This document shows, piece by piece, positions 36,275 to 50,317 of a stretch of DNA of 64,000 bases. The notes beneath the pieces are model-generated. The model had not been told where the DNA came from and made no database searches. It saw only the letters and a list, made by a program, of their open reading frames with translations. The stretch's first letter is position 1. Every line of letters begins with the position of its first letter. The stretch covers positions 41,664,001 through 41,728,000 of the forward strand of contig CM075978.1 in the NCBI GenBank assembly GCA_038087875.1, given 5' to 3'. Position numbers and translations under genes: made by a program. The DNA comes from Malacoraja senta. Lineage: Eukaryota.

Positions 36275-37693
36275 CAATCAAACAAGCATCAGCAGCCTCT
36301 TGTGAAGAAGTCCATCAAATCAGATTGAAGAAAGTTATTAATTATAAATGATTAAATCATGGTATCAGGATTGATTGTTTTTTAGGGGAAGAGATGCAGA
36401 GAGAAACTAAAGAGGTAATTTGGATAATTCTTCAACATTAATTTAACGCGGCAATTAGTTCAACTTGGCATCATGTTCCGCATGGCCACTGTGGACCAAA
36501 GGGTCTGTTCCTTTGCTGAACTGTTCTATGAGAGGTGCAGTGTAAATGCTGGTGGTATTTGCCAAGACAACAATGATATAATATGTGCTGCATACACCAT
36601 GAATACTGGCAGGGAGCATTTGCGCTGAATGACCTAATCTATGTTGCACATTCGAAGTTCTGGGATTGAGGGAGTCCAATTTGAATCTGCGAATTACAGA
36701 GTGTGGTAAATGCACTGATACTTAAAAACTTGGCTGAAAAAAAATTATATAAAGCTCACTCCAGTTCTTCTGGCCTAAATGTTGGCAAACAGGGATGAAC
36801 GAGCTGAAATTGGCAATAAAAGTGTAGCAAGAGATCATGTTTAAGTCGAAGAACTGGGGGAGGGGAGTCAGCATTGAATCTAAATTCAGCAAGATTTAGC
36901 CAAATATAAACCATTCCAATCTTTAACTATTATGTGAACTCACTAATACCTGGCATGCACGTACCTGGAATGTACACATTTGTTCTTAGCAGAAGGGCTT
37001 GAAAACCCTTTTTCTATAGTCATAGCCACTGCACAAAAAAAAGCACAATGCTGGAATGTTAAAGACTAAATATCCCCCAACGTGAGAAATGACAAAATGG
37101 TGATGATAAGCTTTATCCAGTTGTTGGTGCCTTATATAGTAGGACTGAAATTATACTGAAGTATCACAGGAGAGAGGTACTGGTCAGTGAGAACGGAGGC
37201 ACTGTAGAGGGAAAGAGCACACAAGGAAGTCTGGATCAGGGAGACTGTAATGGATAGCGGCCAGAAGTGTAGAGATATCTTGAGAGAGGCACAGTTGAAA
37301 GGTGGCTGGCCCTGGGAGTTGATTGAGAGAAGTGCTGGTGATTGCGATGAGGAGCTTTAGACAATGTTAAAGCTCACCACAGATTTCAGGAATTCCAGAT
37401 GCAATTTATTGCCGAAACTGTTTTAAATCTACGTCAAATTATCCTGGTTCAAAAGCTTCAAGCTTGTGACACTCATCTCCAGTAATGAATCCCCAAGCTT
37501 GTCAACAGTAAAGCAGAATTCAGAAAAAAGCATAAAAGTAATAGCAAATAACAATCCCAGTAATCAGTGGAATATGTAAAATTTAACCCCAAATACCGAT
37601 AATCACAACATGAATTTGGGATTGCAAATTCTGGGTGCCAATACAATGGCACCGTTTATATGACGGCACTGCACACTATTATAACAACTTAAT

Positions 37694-37977
37694 TTTAGTT
37701 AGTTCCATCTAGAGATACAGCATGGAAACAGGCTGTTCGTCCCACTGAATCCGCACCAACCATCGACTAACGATACACTAGTTCTATCCTACACACGAGG
37801 GACACTTTAAAGAAGCGAATTAACCTATAACCTGCAGGTTTTTGGAGTATGGGAGGAAACCGGAGCACCCGGAGAAAACAGAGAGAACATCCAAACTCCG
37901 TACAGACAGCATTCGTGGTCAGGAACGTACCTGGGTCTCTGGCGCTGTATGGCAACATCTCTGCCACTGTGCTGCCC
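37694..37977 (-). mobile_element. V-SINE
   Basis: Full-length family copy. Confidence 0.87.
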
Positions 37978-40398
37978 TTTAGCACTACAACTTTAGGAAC
38001 AGTATTGAAGAAAGTGGATCTGATCACTAATAGTAAACATCCTCATAAAATGCAGCTTTTATGTTTGATATCATTTTGTTTGGTAGAAATGCAATGCTTG
38101 TTCTTGTGCTAAATGGGAACTATTTAGCATCAGTGGAGGAGTGGGAGTTGGACTAGTGTGCAATGAAAATTTGTATTCTTGGGCCTGGTACATGTGATCC
38201 TAAGGAGACTCATGAAAGAGATGCACATAAGCCAAAGTCCTTAGATACAGAAGGATTAAATTTCAGAAGATTATGTTTCTATTGGGGATATCAAGATATA
38301 AAAGCCTAGAATGATCCAACCATTTATCATAGCTGTGTAGCTATAAAGCTAACGACCTTTTCTACATCAAACGCTAACTTCAACTGCATGTGAAAAGTCA
38401 GCACATACTGGACAAGCTGCTTAGCACCCTACTGATGGAGCAATTCTCAAGTAAACCCAGGAGACACTGCATTTAAATCAGAATGAACCTTACGTACTGC
38501 ATTCTCTGTGGATCTATAAACATAAATGGTGATTTGGATAAGGGTTAGCCAGCTAAAACAAATGTAATTTTGTATAAACTCAATTTGTATTTTAAGTGCA
38601 CTTCAGTATTAAAGAAACGGCTCACCAACTGTCATTCCGACCACATAAATGCTACTAAAAGGAATAAGAAACAAAATATTTTTGAACATGCATGCAGAAC
38701 ATATATTTGAGTTCTTACCTATTATCGCTGACCTGAACTAACAGCATTTGCTTCTTTTCTTTCACTAGTGGTTTTCCCAGTCTGGCCTAACAGGAAGTCT
38801 AAAGTGATCCTGACTCCTCCCTGGAGGCTGTTCATCAGCTAGCTCAGCTTACAGCAATAAAAAAATTGGTAATGTGCAAGAGTAATTGGTAATGCGCATT
38901 GGTTTCTATCAAATTATCTTTTATTACAAAAGATAATAAAAGAGCAACTGTCCTACCACATCGTGGCGAAAGCTACTGATCTTTTATGTCTCCTTGGCAT
39001 TAGCATGACAATACTCATGTTCAACCATTGTAATCATTACCAATTCCAGTAATGCTGACTAAATTGTTGCGCACACCAGCGGGTCATTAGCCTTTGAGCT
39101 GGATATATAATAGGTCTGAAACAGATTTGATAAACCCCAAGTTCTTTCTTGTTGACAAGTGTCTTCATTCTTTTCAACAACTCTCAGAGCCGTACAGGAA
39201 GAATGGAGGGGTAGGCGCTAACTGAAGCAGCCCTGAAAGCTTAGTAGGCATATGCTGAATTGCTGTCGACTAACAGTGGAAGACAGCTGTTGGTTTTTAC
39301 TTGGCATCAGAATAATTAATGCAGTAATCAAGCTATCAACTGCAGGCTTTGACCAGCAGGCACTATCTTAACTAATGCCTTCAAACTACGCACCAGTTGT
39401 AACTGCTACCGGGGAGAATAATCCTTTTTTTTTAAATATTAGAGAGTAAAGGAAACTCAATTGCCTCAAACTGTTACCCCTGTTTCCTCTGCTGTGTTGA
39501 ACAGCATTTATTGTGCTCTTAATAGTGAAGGATTATTGGGATGGTGTGGTGGTGAGGCCACAAGACAGGATTTTCAGCATTCTTAGATCTGTTCCTCTTG
39601 CTTGAGCCAATGTCTGACCTGGCTGTTACTAATATTCATGTCTAGTTGCTCCAGAAAGCTGCATATAATCTTCCTCTCCCTAATTAACATCGACACATTC
39701 GTTATTCAAATCTGCACATTCCGTCAGCACTGTTGTAACAGTTTTATATCTGTGTGCTGAAAATATTTTCCAATGCATCTTTTAACCATATCCTTTTAAT
39801 AACTAAATCTAGTCTAAATCAGATGCTAATCTGATCTATCAGTCTTCAGAAAGATGCTGCATGGCCAAGGGTACTACGATTTGTGATGTGCAAGGTTGTG
39901 ATCCTACTTGCTCAGGTTTCAGATTAGTTAATTGTCATATACACCAGGGTGTGCAATGACATTCTTTGTACACATGAAGATCACACTAAACAGTATACAT
40001 AGAAGTAATGATCAATACAACAATGACGAGTGCAAAACAGCAGAATGGGGCAAGATTGTAGTGCAAAATCTAAGAAGAGAACAAGAATATTAAACTACAA
40101 AACGGAATACCTGAATGAGGTTGAGTTAAGAGTGAGTGGGCTGAAGGGCCGATTCCTATGCTGTATCTCTAAAGGCTAATTCTGTACTCAGTCCCTGGTG
40201 CAATCAAGGCAGTTTGTAATTTCAAGTTTACATCGGAAACAAGCCGGCAATGGCGGCGGTGCTTACCCAGAAGGCCAGGCGTCGCAGAAATTGCCCCGGA
40301 TGCAGCTGAGACAGTTAATACTACTGGTGAGTTATTTCAGGCAGGGGATAGGGGTGGGGGCGATGGGGGGGGGGGGGGGGGGGATGGGGAGGGGGGGA

Positions 40399-40490
40399 TT
40401 CCGACTTACGTTAAATCTGATTTACGTTCAATCTGATTTACGTAAGGGTTCACAGAACGTGACCCTTTTATAAGTCGGGAAGTGCCGGTA
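40399..40490. mobile_element. Probable right end of a Tc1/mariner Tigger-like DNA transposon
   Basis: ccgactta / taagtcgg inverted motif, 16-bp subterminal tandem repeats, ends ...gaagtgccgg-TA. Confidence 0.45.
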
Positions 40491-41337
40491 GATGGTCGCA
40501 CCTCTGGAAATGGGGAGTGAAAGAGGTGATTGGTTCACGTCGGATAGCAGTGGGAAAGAAGCTGTTCTTAAGTTGATGCATCTGAGCTTTTCAGCTCCAA
40601 GTGCATTGTCTGCGGTCAGTAAGAGGGTTTCTTTGTACCAAAGGCTAAAACTGAACTAAGTGGGCTGGCGTGCATCAAAAACAAATCTTCAGCTGAGCCA
40701 GGAATGGGACATAGCAAGCGCGGAGACGCAAATCCGGCAGCCAAGTCTGGTTGACATTTGAACTTAGGCTTCCCCTCGGGGGCGAGTTTTCCAGTTCTTG
40801 GCCAGCAGTCTGCAAAAGGGAAGTAAAACTACTTGGGCTTGGCATTGCTCAAGGGTGCCTCCAGGTAAATCAACTAAGGAGAAAAACTGACAGCATCTGT
40901 TTGCAGCATTTTATCCTCCCCGCTGATATAGAAGGTGAGGAGGAGGTAGAAAAGATCTTTCTTTTACTGAAAATAATGTTGGGTTTTTTCTGTTCCAAAA
41001 CATGCTATATTTTTCACAAATCGTACAGTTGTGATCGTTAAAGAACAGGGGGAGATTCACATGAGGTCTTGTAGAAGGATTTCACCATACCGCACAGAAA
41101 AATCTGCTTTTTATGTAAGTTATCAGATTCAGGCTGAAAATAAAGGCAGAACCTAGGCCTGATAAAAGCCAGAGCAGCTTTTTTCTGCTTTTCACTGTGT
41201 CAACTTCCTTTGTGTGACCCTGCCTTCTTGGTGCTGTAATAGGATATCATAGAGATTCTCCCCTGGAATTGGCAATCATCACCTGAAAAGCAATTCTGTT
41301 GACTCTGGGAAGCACTTCAGTGGCTAAGGAAGTTTAG

Positions 41338-41510
41338 CTCTCTCTCTCTCTCTCTCTCAAGCGCACACACATGCACACACAGAAAACTATTTACCCACCT
41401 GCACAAAACATACAGACACACACAAAATGCACACATGCTCACAGCACTCAGCAGCACAAGCTGACATGCGCAGGAAAATACGCAGCCACATGCATGTGTT
41501 CATACACACA
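41338..41510. repeat. (CT)n run followed by degenerate CA-rich low-complexity sequence
   Basis: Directly visible. Confidence 0.8.
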
Positions 41511-41534
41511 ACTCAGAAGCATGCAAGCGCAGGA

Positions 41535-41726
41535 AAACACAAAGTGCTGGAGCAATTCAAAGGGTCAGGACATGGATAGGTGACGTTTCAGGTCGGATCC
41601 TTTTGAGTCCCGACCCGAGATGTCACCGATTCATGTTCTCCAGAGATGCTGCCTGACCCTCTGAGCTACTCCCGCACTGTGTGGCCATTTTTTTGTAAAC
41701 CAGCATCCGCAGTCTCTTGTATCCAC
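41535..41726. mobile_element. Inverted Penelope pLTR pair
   Basis: Minus arm to ~41600, plus arm from ~41605. Confidence 0.7.
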
Positions 41727-41804
41727 ATGGGAAACACAGATGGTGAAGTAAAGGGATCAAGTATTACACGTCTGAAAGCCAATACCAATGTGCAGTCATC
41801 AAAA

Positions 41805-41895
41805 TGCAGTTTGCAAAAACAACGTGCTGGAGTAACTCAGCGGGTTAAGCTGCATCACCGGAGAACATGGATAGGTGATGTTTTGGGTTGGGATT
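41805..41895 (-). mobile_element. Penelope pLTR fragment
   Basis: gtgctggagtaactcagcggg...ggataggtgatgttttggg. Confidence 0.7.
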
Positions 41896-42074
41896 CGTCT
41901 CCAGCTTGTTCTTCTACAACACACAAGCTCACATGGTCTCGCAAACACACACATGCACACGCACGTACACATACAGACACACACACGCGCACAACACCGA
42001 AGCACGCAAGCAAACATGGTCAAACGCATGGTCACAGAGCAGCATGGATGCTGTCTGTACAAAGTGTTCGTGTA

Positions 42075-42257
42075 CTGTAGAAGGGTCTCGACCCGAAACG
42101 TCACCCATTCCTTCTCTCCAGAGATGCTGCCTGTCCCGCTGAGTTACTCCAGCTTTTTGTGTTTATCTTCAGTGTTAGTGTACCGGTTGATCACTAGTCG
42201 GCACGGACTCGGTGGGCCGAAGGGACCCCTTTCCGCGCTGTATCTCGAAAGTCTAAA
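42075..42257 (+). mobile_element. Penelope pLTR fragment fused to a V-SINE 3' end
   Basis: gaagggtctcgacccgaaacgtcaccc...tttatcttcagtgt joined to tagtgtaccgg...gggccgaaggg...ccgcgctgtatctc. Confidence 0.78.
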
Positions 42258-43907
42258 GCATGCACGTATACCTGCGCATGAGTGACATTTGCCGTTTCCA
42301 CCCTCCCTGCCTCCAAAACTAAACCGAATATGATACACACCAGGACACTGCAGGGTGGAGAATTGCTCAACCCTACCTCGGTAGGCCATGGCTTTTAGTC
42401 TTCATGTAAATCAGTGCCTGTCACTGCATGCATGATTCACTGCTCAGAGTGAACTGTTCTGTGACGAATGAGTCCTGCTTAATTTGGCAGTGATTATGCA
42501 GGCTGCTAGCCCCCTAAACCCCTTTGAACTTGTAATTGCTGCTGGTTTAAATAATGAACATTAAGGTGGGGGGGGGGGATCTCAGAAAAGTGTGGATAAT
42601 TACAGTTTTTTTTTCTTTTCGCTGGCAAAGGGTGGCTGAGGTGACTCTGACCCGTCGGTATCAAAGTAGCCTGCGCAAGATTGCTTTGACACCAGGAAAT
42701 CTCAAGAGCCCTTGAGAAAGGAGGAGCAATGGTGGCAATGAATATTCATGTCAGACCCTGCTTCCACCTCTGTTGCTGTCTTGCTTTCTATTTCTTTTGT
42801 GGTAAATTAAAGCAGCTCACAAATATGTAACGTACAGAAAAGGAGCGCTTTAGGATTTGCACTCTGTGACCTGCTCAGACGTCCAAAATTATTGTACCAT
42901 TGAAAAGAAAATCTGTCTAAGTTTGAGGTAACTTGTACTTACATAGTTTTGCATGACACGTCACAACTGATGTAGAATGCACCCAAATCAAAAAACCTTT
43001 CAATGCAATAGGGCCGTGTTTAATTTCCAAGTTAATCAGTGAAGATTTATAGCAGCACAGGCAAACTAAACATTAAAACTCTCTGTGTCTGTTTTTGATT
43101 TTACTACTTGCCTCCCCTTCATTCGACTCCCCTCCCACCCCACAGAATCCTTCTTTGTCTATTTGCACTTTTGCTCTGGATTTTCTTTATCCTGGTGTGA
43201 GACGAATATCAAAGACCTATGCTATTTGTAGGCCTCCAGCGCATAACAACATCTCAATGGTACATTTTTAGAACCTGCGTCAAAACATGGCATCCAATGA
43301 TTAATGGCCACTACATTGAAAGCAGTAGCCCGTCAACGACGCCCTCCAGCAAGGCTGCGGAAGAGTACGCAACCTTGCTCTGCTAAGGTTGGCGCTGCCA
43401 AAGCATCCAGACCCAGAGGATGACTGACACAAAGCAACACAGAAAAACACTCAGCTAAACTACCAATCCTAGCGCACGTTGCCAATTCAGGCGCACATCG
43501 CCATACCTTCTCATTATATTCCACATAATCAATAGGGTCCGTGTGATTGAGAGAGGAACATAGTCGAAACGATCTGGGGTTTCAGTGCCGAAAATGAAAG
43601 GTCATCGTGGTAAAGTCGTTTTCTGGCTATTTCACGTGAGGGCTGGTGAATTCTTTATCTTAATCTTTTCTATTTTGATCTTGCATTGTTGGAATATTAA
43701 GTGGCAGACACTGCCAGGAAGGTGAAGATGGATTAATTAAAAAGCACATTTAGGTGCTAGGTGAAAATTTATTAATGTGAAACTACATAAATTGTACAGA
43801 AGCTTTTCTGAAAGCGTTTCTCCTGTTACTTTTAGTTCCGTTTAAAACACATCCTACAAGAACTATAGAGGATCCAAATAGAGGGATAGCACCGATTTTT
43901 CAGCAAC

Positions 43908-44188
43908 TGAAAACAGGCCCTTCGGCCCACCGAGTCCACGCCGATCGCCGATCCCCGTACTACCGCGTAGGATAATACACGAGCACTATCCCAGGGACAA
44001 TTTACAATTTTTTTTTTACAAAACCAATTAACCTAAAAACCTATATGTCTTTGGAATATGGTCATACCGTAGCACCTCGAGAAAACCCACGTGATCCTGG
44101 GAAGAACGTACAAACTCCATACAGACAGTCAGGATCAATCTGGGGTCTCTGGCGCTGTACGACAGCAGCTCCAGTTCACTGGGCGGCC
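43908..44188 (-). mobile_element. V-SINE
   Basis: Family core and tail. Confidence 0.8.
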
Positions 44189-44420
44189 ACAGATGACATT
44201 GCGTGCTGCGGACGCTCCTTCAGGACGTGTGCCTCCTTCCCAAAAGAGTTCATTCACATTTTATATTTGTTCTATTTAAGTTCTAGTAATCTATGGAGCT
44301 ATAGAGATGCAGGAGGGGTATAATTAGTGGGTGAGAGGTGTATTGTAGAATTATAATTACGTGACCTCTGTTGGTCTGGCAAAATGGACTAAGGGTGCCA
44401 GAAAAATCAGTGGTGGGCCT

Positions 44421-44740
44421 TTAGTTTAATTTAGTTTAGGGATACAATGCGAAAACAGGCCCGACAGTCCACTAAGTCCAAACTGACCAATGATCATCAC
44501 ACACTAACACTATCCTACACACACTAGGGACAATTTGCCATTTTACCAAAGCCAATTACCCTACAAGCCTGTACTTCTTTGGAGTGTGGGAGGAAACCAG
44601 GGCACTTGAAGAAAACCCGTGCAGGTCACGTGGAGAATGTACAAACTGTACGATCATACAGACAGCACCCGTGTTAGGGTCGAACCCGGGTCACTGGCAC
44701 TTTAAGGCAGCAACTTACCTCTGCACCACCGTGCCGCCCC
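44421..44740 (-). mobile_element. V-SINE
   Basis: Full-length family copy. Confidence 0.87.
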
Positions 44741-45744
44741 AACCTGCAGCTGTTTAGAAAATAACGTCAATGAGAAGCTGACATTTTAATAATTCTGCAC
44801 TCTATATTTTTAACAACCAGTCTCTTTGAGGGACATATTCTATTGACACGGAAAGCACAGATTAGTCTTCTCAGGTTTTACAGTAAGTACTCTATTGTAG
44901 GAAAGGGAACTGCAAGCCTTAGTTTCAAAAGCCTCTGAAGGAAAACCAATTCCTTGCAATGCTCAGCAGTTCTTATGCTGTCTCCTCTTTATGTTTCATG
45001 GATAAAGTCATCAACAAGCAGAGTTTTTGACTTCTTCTAGTTCAAAAATATTTATTCTCTTTGAAGTGTAGCTAATCTAGGTTTGGGATTTACCTAGGAT
45101 AGCACTTGATAAAGAAAATGATCTGTAAAGCATGAAAAAAAAGCATCTTGCTATTAAATGAGAAAGAAATGCTCAAGACATTGTAATAATTCCAGCTGTA
45201 TTATAATTCAAGCCTTTGCCAATCTTCTTGTAGTAGTCTCTGTACAAATGAATCATATATTAGAAGCCACGGTAAAGCGATAGCCATTTCAAATATGTCA
45301 CTTAACCTGGTATAAGCCAGCCTCTTCTCTGAGAATGCATATTTATACTTTTATTGTGGCAACCAGCTGAACACTAGGATCAAGCTAAGCTGAGGAAATG
45401 CGGCAATGACCAATTTTTTTCCTCTTCCAGCTAAAGATATTTCACACCAATTAGAAGCAAAAAGGTGCTCACTATTGGTGTCATCAGCCTATAACTGAGC
45501 TCATTGAGAAGAAAATAATGAAAATAATGTCAAACCAGTTGCAAAACTAACTTAATTCTGATATTTAAAGGCACTGAAAAAAAAATTGAATTAAAATAGT
45601 TTTTGACAATAAGCTCGGAGTTTTGCTTTTTTCCCCCAACTAAGTTGACCCAATTATTTTAAAGAAAGACATTGGGGACAGGATCAGGGCTGTGTGGACT
45701 GGAGATGCTGGGGGGGGGGGGGGGGGGAAGCACCATTTGTATTC

Positions 45745-45887
45745 ACCAACACCGTAACTTTGTCAGCACCAGAAACGTGGCGACATTTGCGTACTGCCCA
45801 GGTGAAGTCTGCTGTATGACTTTACTGGGTTGTATGCAAAACAAAGCATTTCACTGTACCTAGGTACATGTGACAATAAAGTATCAT
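45745..45887 (+). mobile_element. Short Rex1-tailed element
   Basis: cgtaactttgtcagcaccagaaacgtggcgac...cactgtacctaggtacatgtgacaataaag. Confidence 0.65.
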
Positions 45888-45997
45888 CCTCCGAACTACA
45901 CTGTGCTAAATAAATGATCGTTCTGGCATCACCTGAGTCCTCACGATTGCCAAGGTGTGATTTCCTGCAACTTGGATCTAAGAGGGTTTAAATGCCA

Positions 45998-46244
45998 AAG
46001 ATAGACACAAAAAGCTGGAGTAACTCAGCAGGCCAGGCTCTGGAGAAAAGGAATAGGTGATGTTTCAGGTCAAGATCCTTGCTCAGACTGAGACTCAGGG
46101 GAGAGGGAACCAAGAGATACCACAAGGTACATGGAGCAAATTAATGAAAGATATGCAAAAAGACAGATCAAAGCCAGGAACAATGATCAAGCTTTTTGTG
46201 TCCATCTTCAGTGTAAACCAGCATCTGCAGTTCCTTCCTATACA
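45998..46244. mobile_element. Penelope pLTR fragment with an inverted terminal piece
   Basis: aagatagacacaaaaagct at the left, agctttttgtgtccatctt...gcatctgcagttcc at the right. Confidence 0.75.
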
Positions 46245-49200
46245 TTTTTCATGCCTGATGACTTCTGGCCCTGTAAAATATGTAGCTGGATACCCTGGAG
46301 CAGTTCAAGTAACTTGATTCAAAACGAGTAGATTTCTAAACTCGTTGCAGTTCTGTTTAATTTCTCTTTTTTTTTGTGGTTAAGAAAGGTTAATTACTGC
46401 AATCTAGGAAGGGTTAATGGCTCCCATCTCCTAGCTTCATGACTTCATGTGAGAGAACAGGACAAAGACAACAGATGGCAGACAGTGTTTGACTTCTGTC
46501 CTTTCCATTGTTACTGAAAAGGCTGCAGAACCTTGATTGATAAAAAGCAAAGGCTTTGGTGGCCTTGGCCATAATTATCTGATAGCTCTGTGACGGATGA
46601 GCCCTAGAACATTTAGTTTTCTATAGACATGGTCTTTGACAAGTGAACTGTCCCTAGGTTGCTATGGGTGACCAAAGTGCTGACATCGAGCCCCTTCACC
46701 AAACAAGTACATGACAAATGAGGCTAGCGGCCTCAATCCATTTTGAATCTCGGGGACTATCACCCCTCACCCACTGCCCAACAGAAAATAATCTACCCAA
46801 TGGACATCAATGGGTTAAATTGAGACTACTGATTCCAAACTTAAATTTGCATATGTTTAAAAGAAAGCAGACATTCATAATAAGTCGAGGTACAGCTGCT
46901 TTTCACAATCTTGGCAGATTGTACCATCTCGTCAGCAACGCTGCTTTTATTTACTTGTTTCTCCCACCCGGCAAAGCCTGATAACTGTACAAAACAACCT
47001 TAACTTTGGCAATTATTGAAGTAAACAATAAGCTGATGTGTTCCAGCTGCAGAAGGTGCAGCAGCAGCCTCGCCAGTCGAGCTGCTGTCCACTCTAATGC
47101 AACATGGCAGGACACAAAAGAGGCCCTGCTCCACCACTGCTGCAAAAGAGCAGCTCATCATCAAGGGTGTGCTATAGCCTGTGTCCCCACTGTATTGGGC
47201 GGCCTAGTCTTTGTGTCAGGCAAACATCCTCCCCTTGGTTAAGGCTGCCTATAGTCATGCTGTAACATGGTTCACTGTCAGCCTAACAGCTCAAAGGCCA
47301 TGTGTGTTGCATCAAACTTAATGATAATTTTCATCACCAGAGTACTGCCATGGCAACAGAAATAGAACTGTGCCTATGACGAAAATTGGCTATAACTTAT
47401 GTTCACAAACTATCAATTGTTTTTTTTTCCTCTCTTTGCGAATTACATTTACATTTTGGTGATCTTCCAACTTACCTCTCCACTCCTTCAATTTGATTCA
47501 GGCTGGGTTTGAATAAGAAACTATTTGAATTTCAACTTCCAGCTTTACACAAAGGACTAATTTCAAGGAACTCGTTGAGGCATTTCATTTGGGAGGGATT
47601 TTTCTTTTAACCTCCTGAAAAGGAAACAATTTTGTTCCAACAAAACCCCCCACTTTCCAAGGGGAAGCCCAAGCGCTTGAAATAAAAGGCACCTCAATGC
47701 GCTGTTGCAACAAAGATAAGGACACCTCTGAAATTTGATGAGAGTGTTTACAAGGGAAGGGTCTTTGTGTCTGAGCACTTCCTGCTTCCATTCTGTGATC
47801 AAATATGTTCTTTGCAAATCATGTAGGAGAGTACTTGAGTGCAAAGGCAAAGGGAACTAAGGGCTAATTGAGTGGTTTGAGGGCTTATCAATGTATCTAA
47901 TTTAAGGACCTCTCTCTCTTGCAGCCAATAAAAATCACCCTTGGCAAGATATCTCTCCTGCTTGCTTTCGAATGTAGTTTAAACCGAGTCAAAGCAATAA
48001 GAGTTCGCTGATTATACTCAACGGCAAGGTTGCTGAGCAAAATCGATAAAGGAATGTGCCAGGTTCAATTATGTTCCATTGTGATTTAATTTGCATGGCG
48101 GTGTGGTGAGGGGATGTAAATGTAAAATACCTGCATTTCCAAGTGCCCTCCGAGTGGCATGTGTGTTAAGGATTGCTACTCTATTCACAAAATGGCGCAA
48201 AACTTAAGTTACTTGCAATTCAGTGTTTAGAATTCAAATAAACAACACATTTGCACGTGAAATAATCGCCTCTATATTTCATTAGTGTTCACTCCCCTTC
48301 ACCCATTATAAGATGCAACACTTGAAAAACGCTCTGCAGCAGCAGAAAACAAAAGTCTGTAAAAAATGAATACAAACTACTTTTTTCCCCCTCTATGCTG
48401 CATTAAACTAACTGCCTGATATTGTTGTGGCTGGCCTTTGTTGTTTTTGTCCCTTAGAGTTGTCCAGAGGAGGTGACAATGGCTCAGAGTTGAGAACATA
48501 TGTAAAAAGACCCCTGTGGCTGTTGGAAAAGTTGCTCATGCTGCTTGGTTGTTTGAAAAATAACAACCAATGTTCCTTTCTTTCGACAAAACTAATGAAT
48601 GCATGAATGTTAGAATGCAGCAGCGACCCATTCAGAGTGGAAAGCCTGAGCACCTTCCCTGTAAGAGTGCATTCTGCATTGGTGAAATACATTTGCTTAA
48701 CAAATTAAATTAATGAGATAATTCAATTAGTCTTTTTGATGTGAAAATACTGCTTAAGGAAAGGATTACTGTAGTGCAGGGATAGTTTGGCCTCTACAAA
48801 GAGGTGAATGTTGAAATAATGCATTAAAAATAAGAGGGGGACAATGATGTGAGTTTTGCTCTGAATTCTGCAGCGACTTGAGTTGTGCACTTGTTTGCAT
48901 TTGCACGGGCCAGATGGGGAAATTCTCACATTACTCCAGTTGCACGGAAACAAAATCGTTCGTCAATAAACTGGGAAATGTCAAGGCTGAGTAGGAGCCA
49001 AGCAAAGTAAAAGTTTCTGACTTGCGTGTGGAAGGAGTGCTCTGTTCAGCGCTCCTGCCAAGGCTTTTTACATAAACAGGCAGCCATGCTCTTTAGGACA
49101 GGGAGAGAAAACCTCCCGGCAACTTCCTCTGCAATGCTCGCTCCATTCCAAATTAAAAACATTTTACAGGTTACTAAATCTCCAGCTGAGGTGATGTAGC

Positions 49201-49259
49201 AAAGAACAGCTGTGAAGTAATTTTGATAATGATGAGAATAATAAGCACATGGCAAGGTT

Positions 49260-49423
49260 NNNNNNNNNNNNNNNNNNNNNNNNNNNNNNNNNNNNNNNNN
49301 NNNNNNNNNNNNNNNNNNNNNNNNNNNNNNNNNNNNNNNNNNNNNNNNNNNNNNNNNNNNNNNNNNNNNNNNNNNNNNNNNNNNNNNNNNNNNNNNNNNN
49401 NNNNNNNNNNNNNNNNNNNNNNN
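49260..49423. other. Assembly gap (164 N)
   Basis: Run of n. Confidence 1.
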
Positions 49424-50317
49424 CATGTTCTGTCTAATTCCTCTGTGCAAATGGGCACAGGGCACCTGACCTCGAGAAAGGCCATAGCTGCAAGGCAGAA
49501 TACCCACTGCTTCCACAGAGCAGTGACCATTCTGGTTAATCCTGACCCCTGAGCCACAATCAATATACCTTCATTTACTAATAATGTCTTCACATCAAAG
49601 TGACAGATAAGAAACAGGGATCCAATATTCACCATTTATTTCGCTATCTCTCTCTCTCTCTCTCATTTTATTTTAAGTTTCAAAATAGTTTTGAGTTCCA
49701 ATAAGAGTTTTAAATGATCTGCTTTATTTTGCATCCATCATCGAAACAGGAAAGCATTTTGCTCTCTTAGAGTTGTGATTCCGCCTTAGTATGTGCATTG
49801 AGAAAGGATTAAACCCAGAACCTTACAGCTGAAAGGTTGGTAAACAGATTTCTGTGAGTTGCTTGTTCTCTCCTTTCTAAAGTTCTCCAATAAGAACAAA
49901 CATTCATACAAGTTCTGAACACTTACACAGTCAACACTTCACAAGGAAAATATCTGGAGGCCAACAAGTTGCTCCATTACCCTATTAGCCTGGTTTAGTA
50001 CTGCTGATTAGAGGCAGCTCAGAGGGAAGCATTTTAATATATACCTGCCCTTCATGTGATGTTATGACTACCCACTGAAGTGGCAAAGTGAATGGAGAAT
50101 ACTGTCATTAATCCAATCTACTCAAATGCCGGATGCTACAAGAGTGCGTCTACCTCACATGATGGGAGGAAGAGTTCACACGTTGGTTATTCCTGGATAA
50201 TTTCGATGCAGCAGTGTCACAGCATAATAAAAGGTAACAAAAAGTTACACAACATGCTGGAACAGCACCTCATACAATATTTCGCTTGGGCAGTTCACAA
50301 CCCAGCAGTATGAATAT

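Noticed and set aside
37985-37997. 13-mer ctacaactttagg matching the body of ribozyme element 1
   Set aside because: The match does not extend and is compatible with chance
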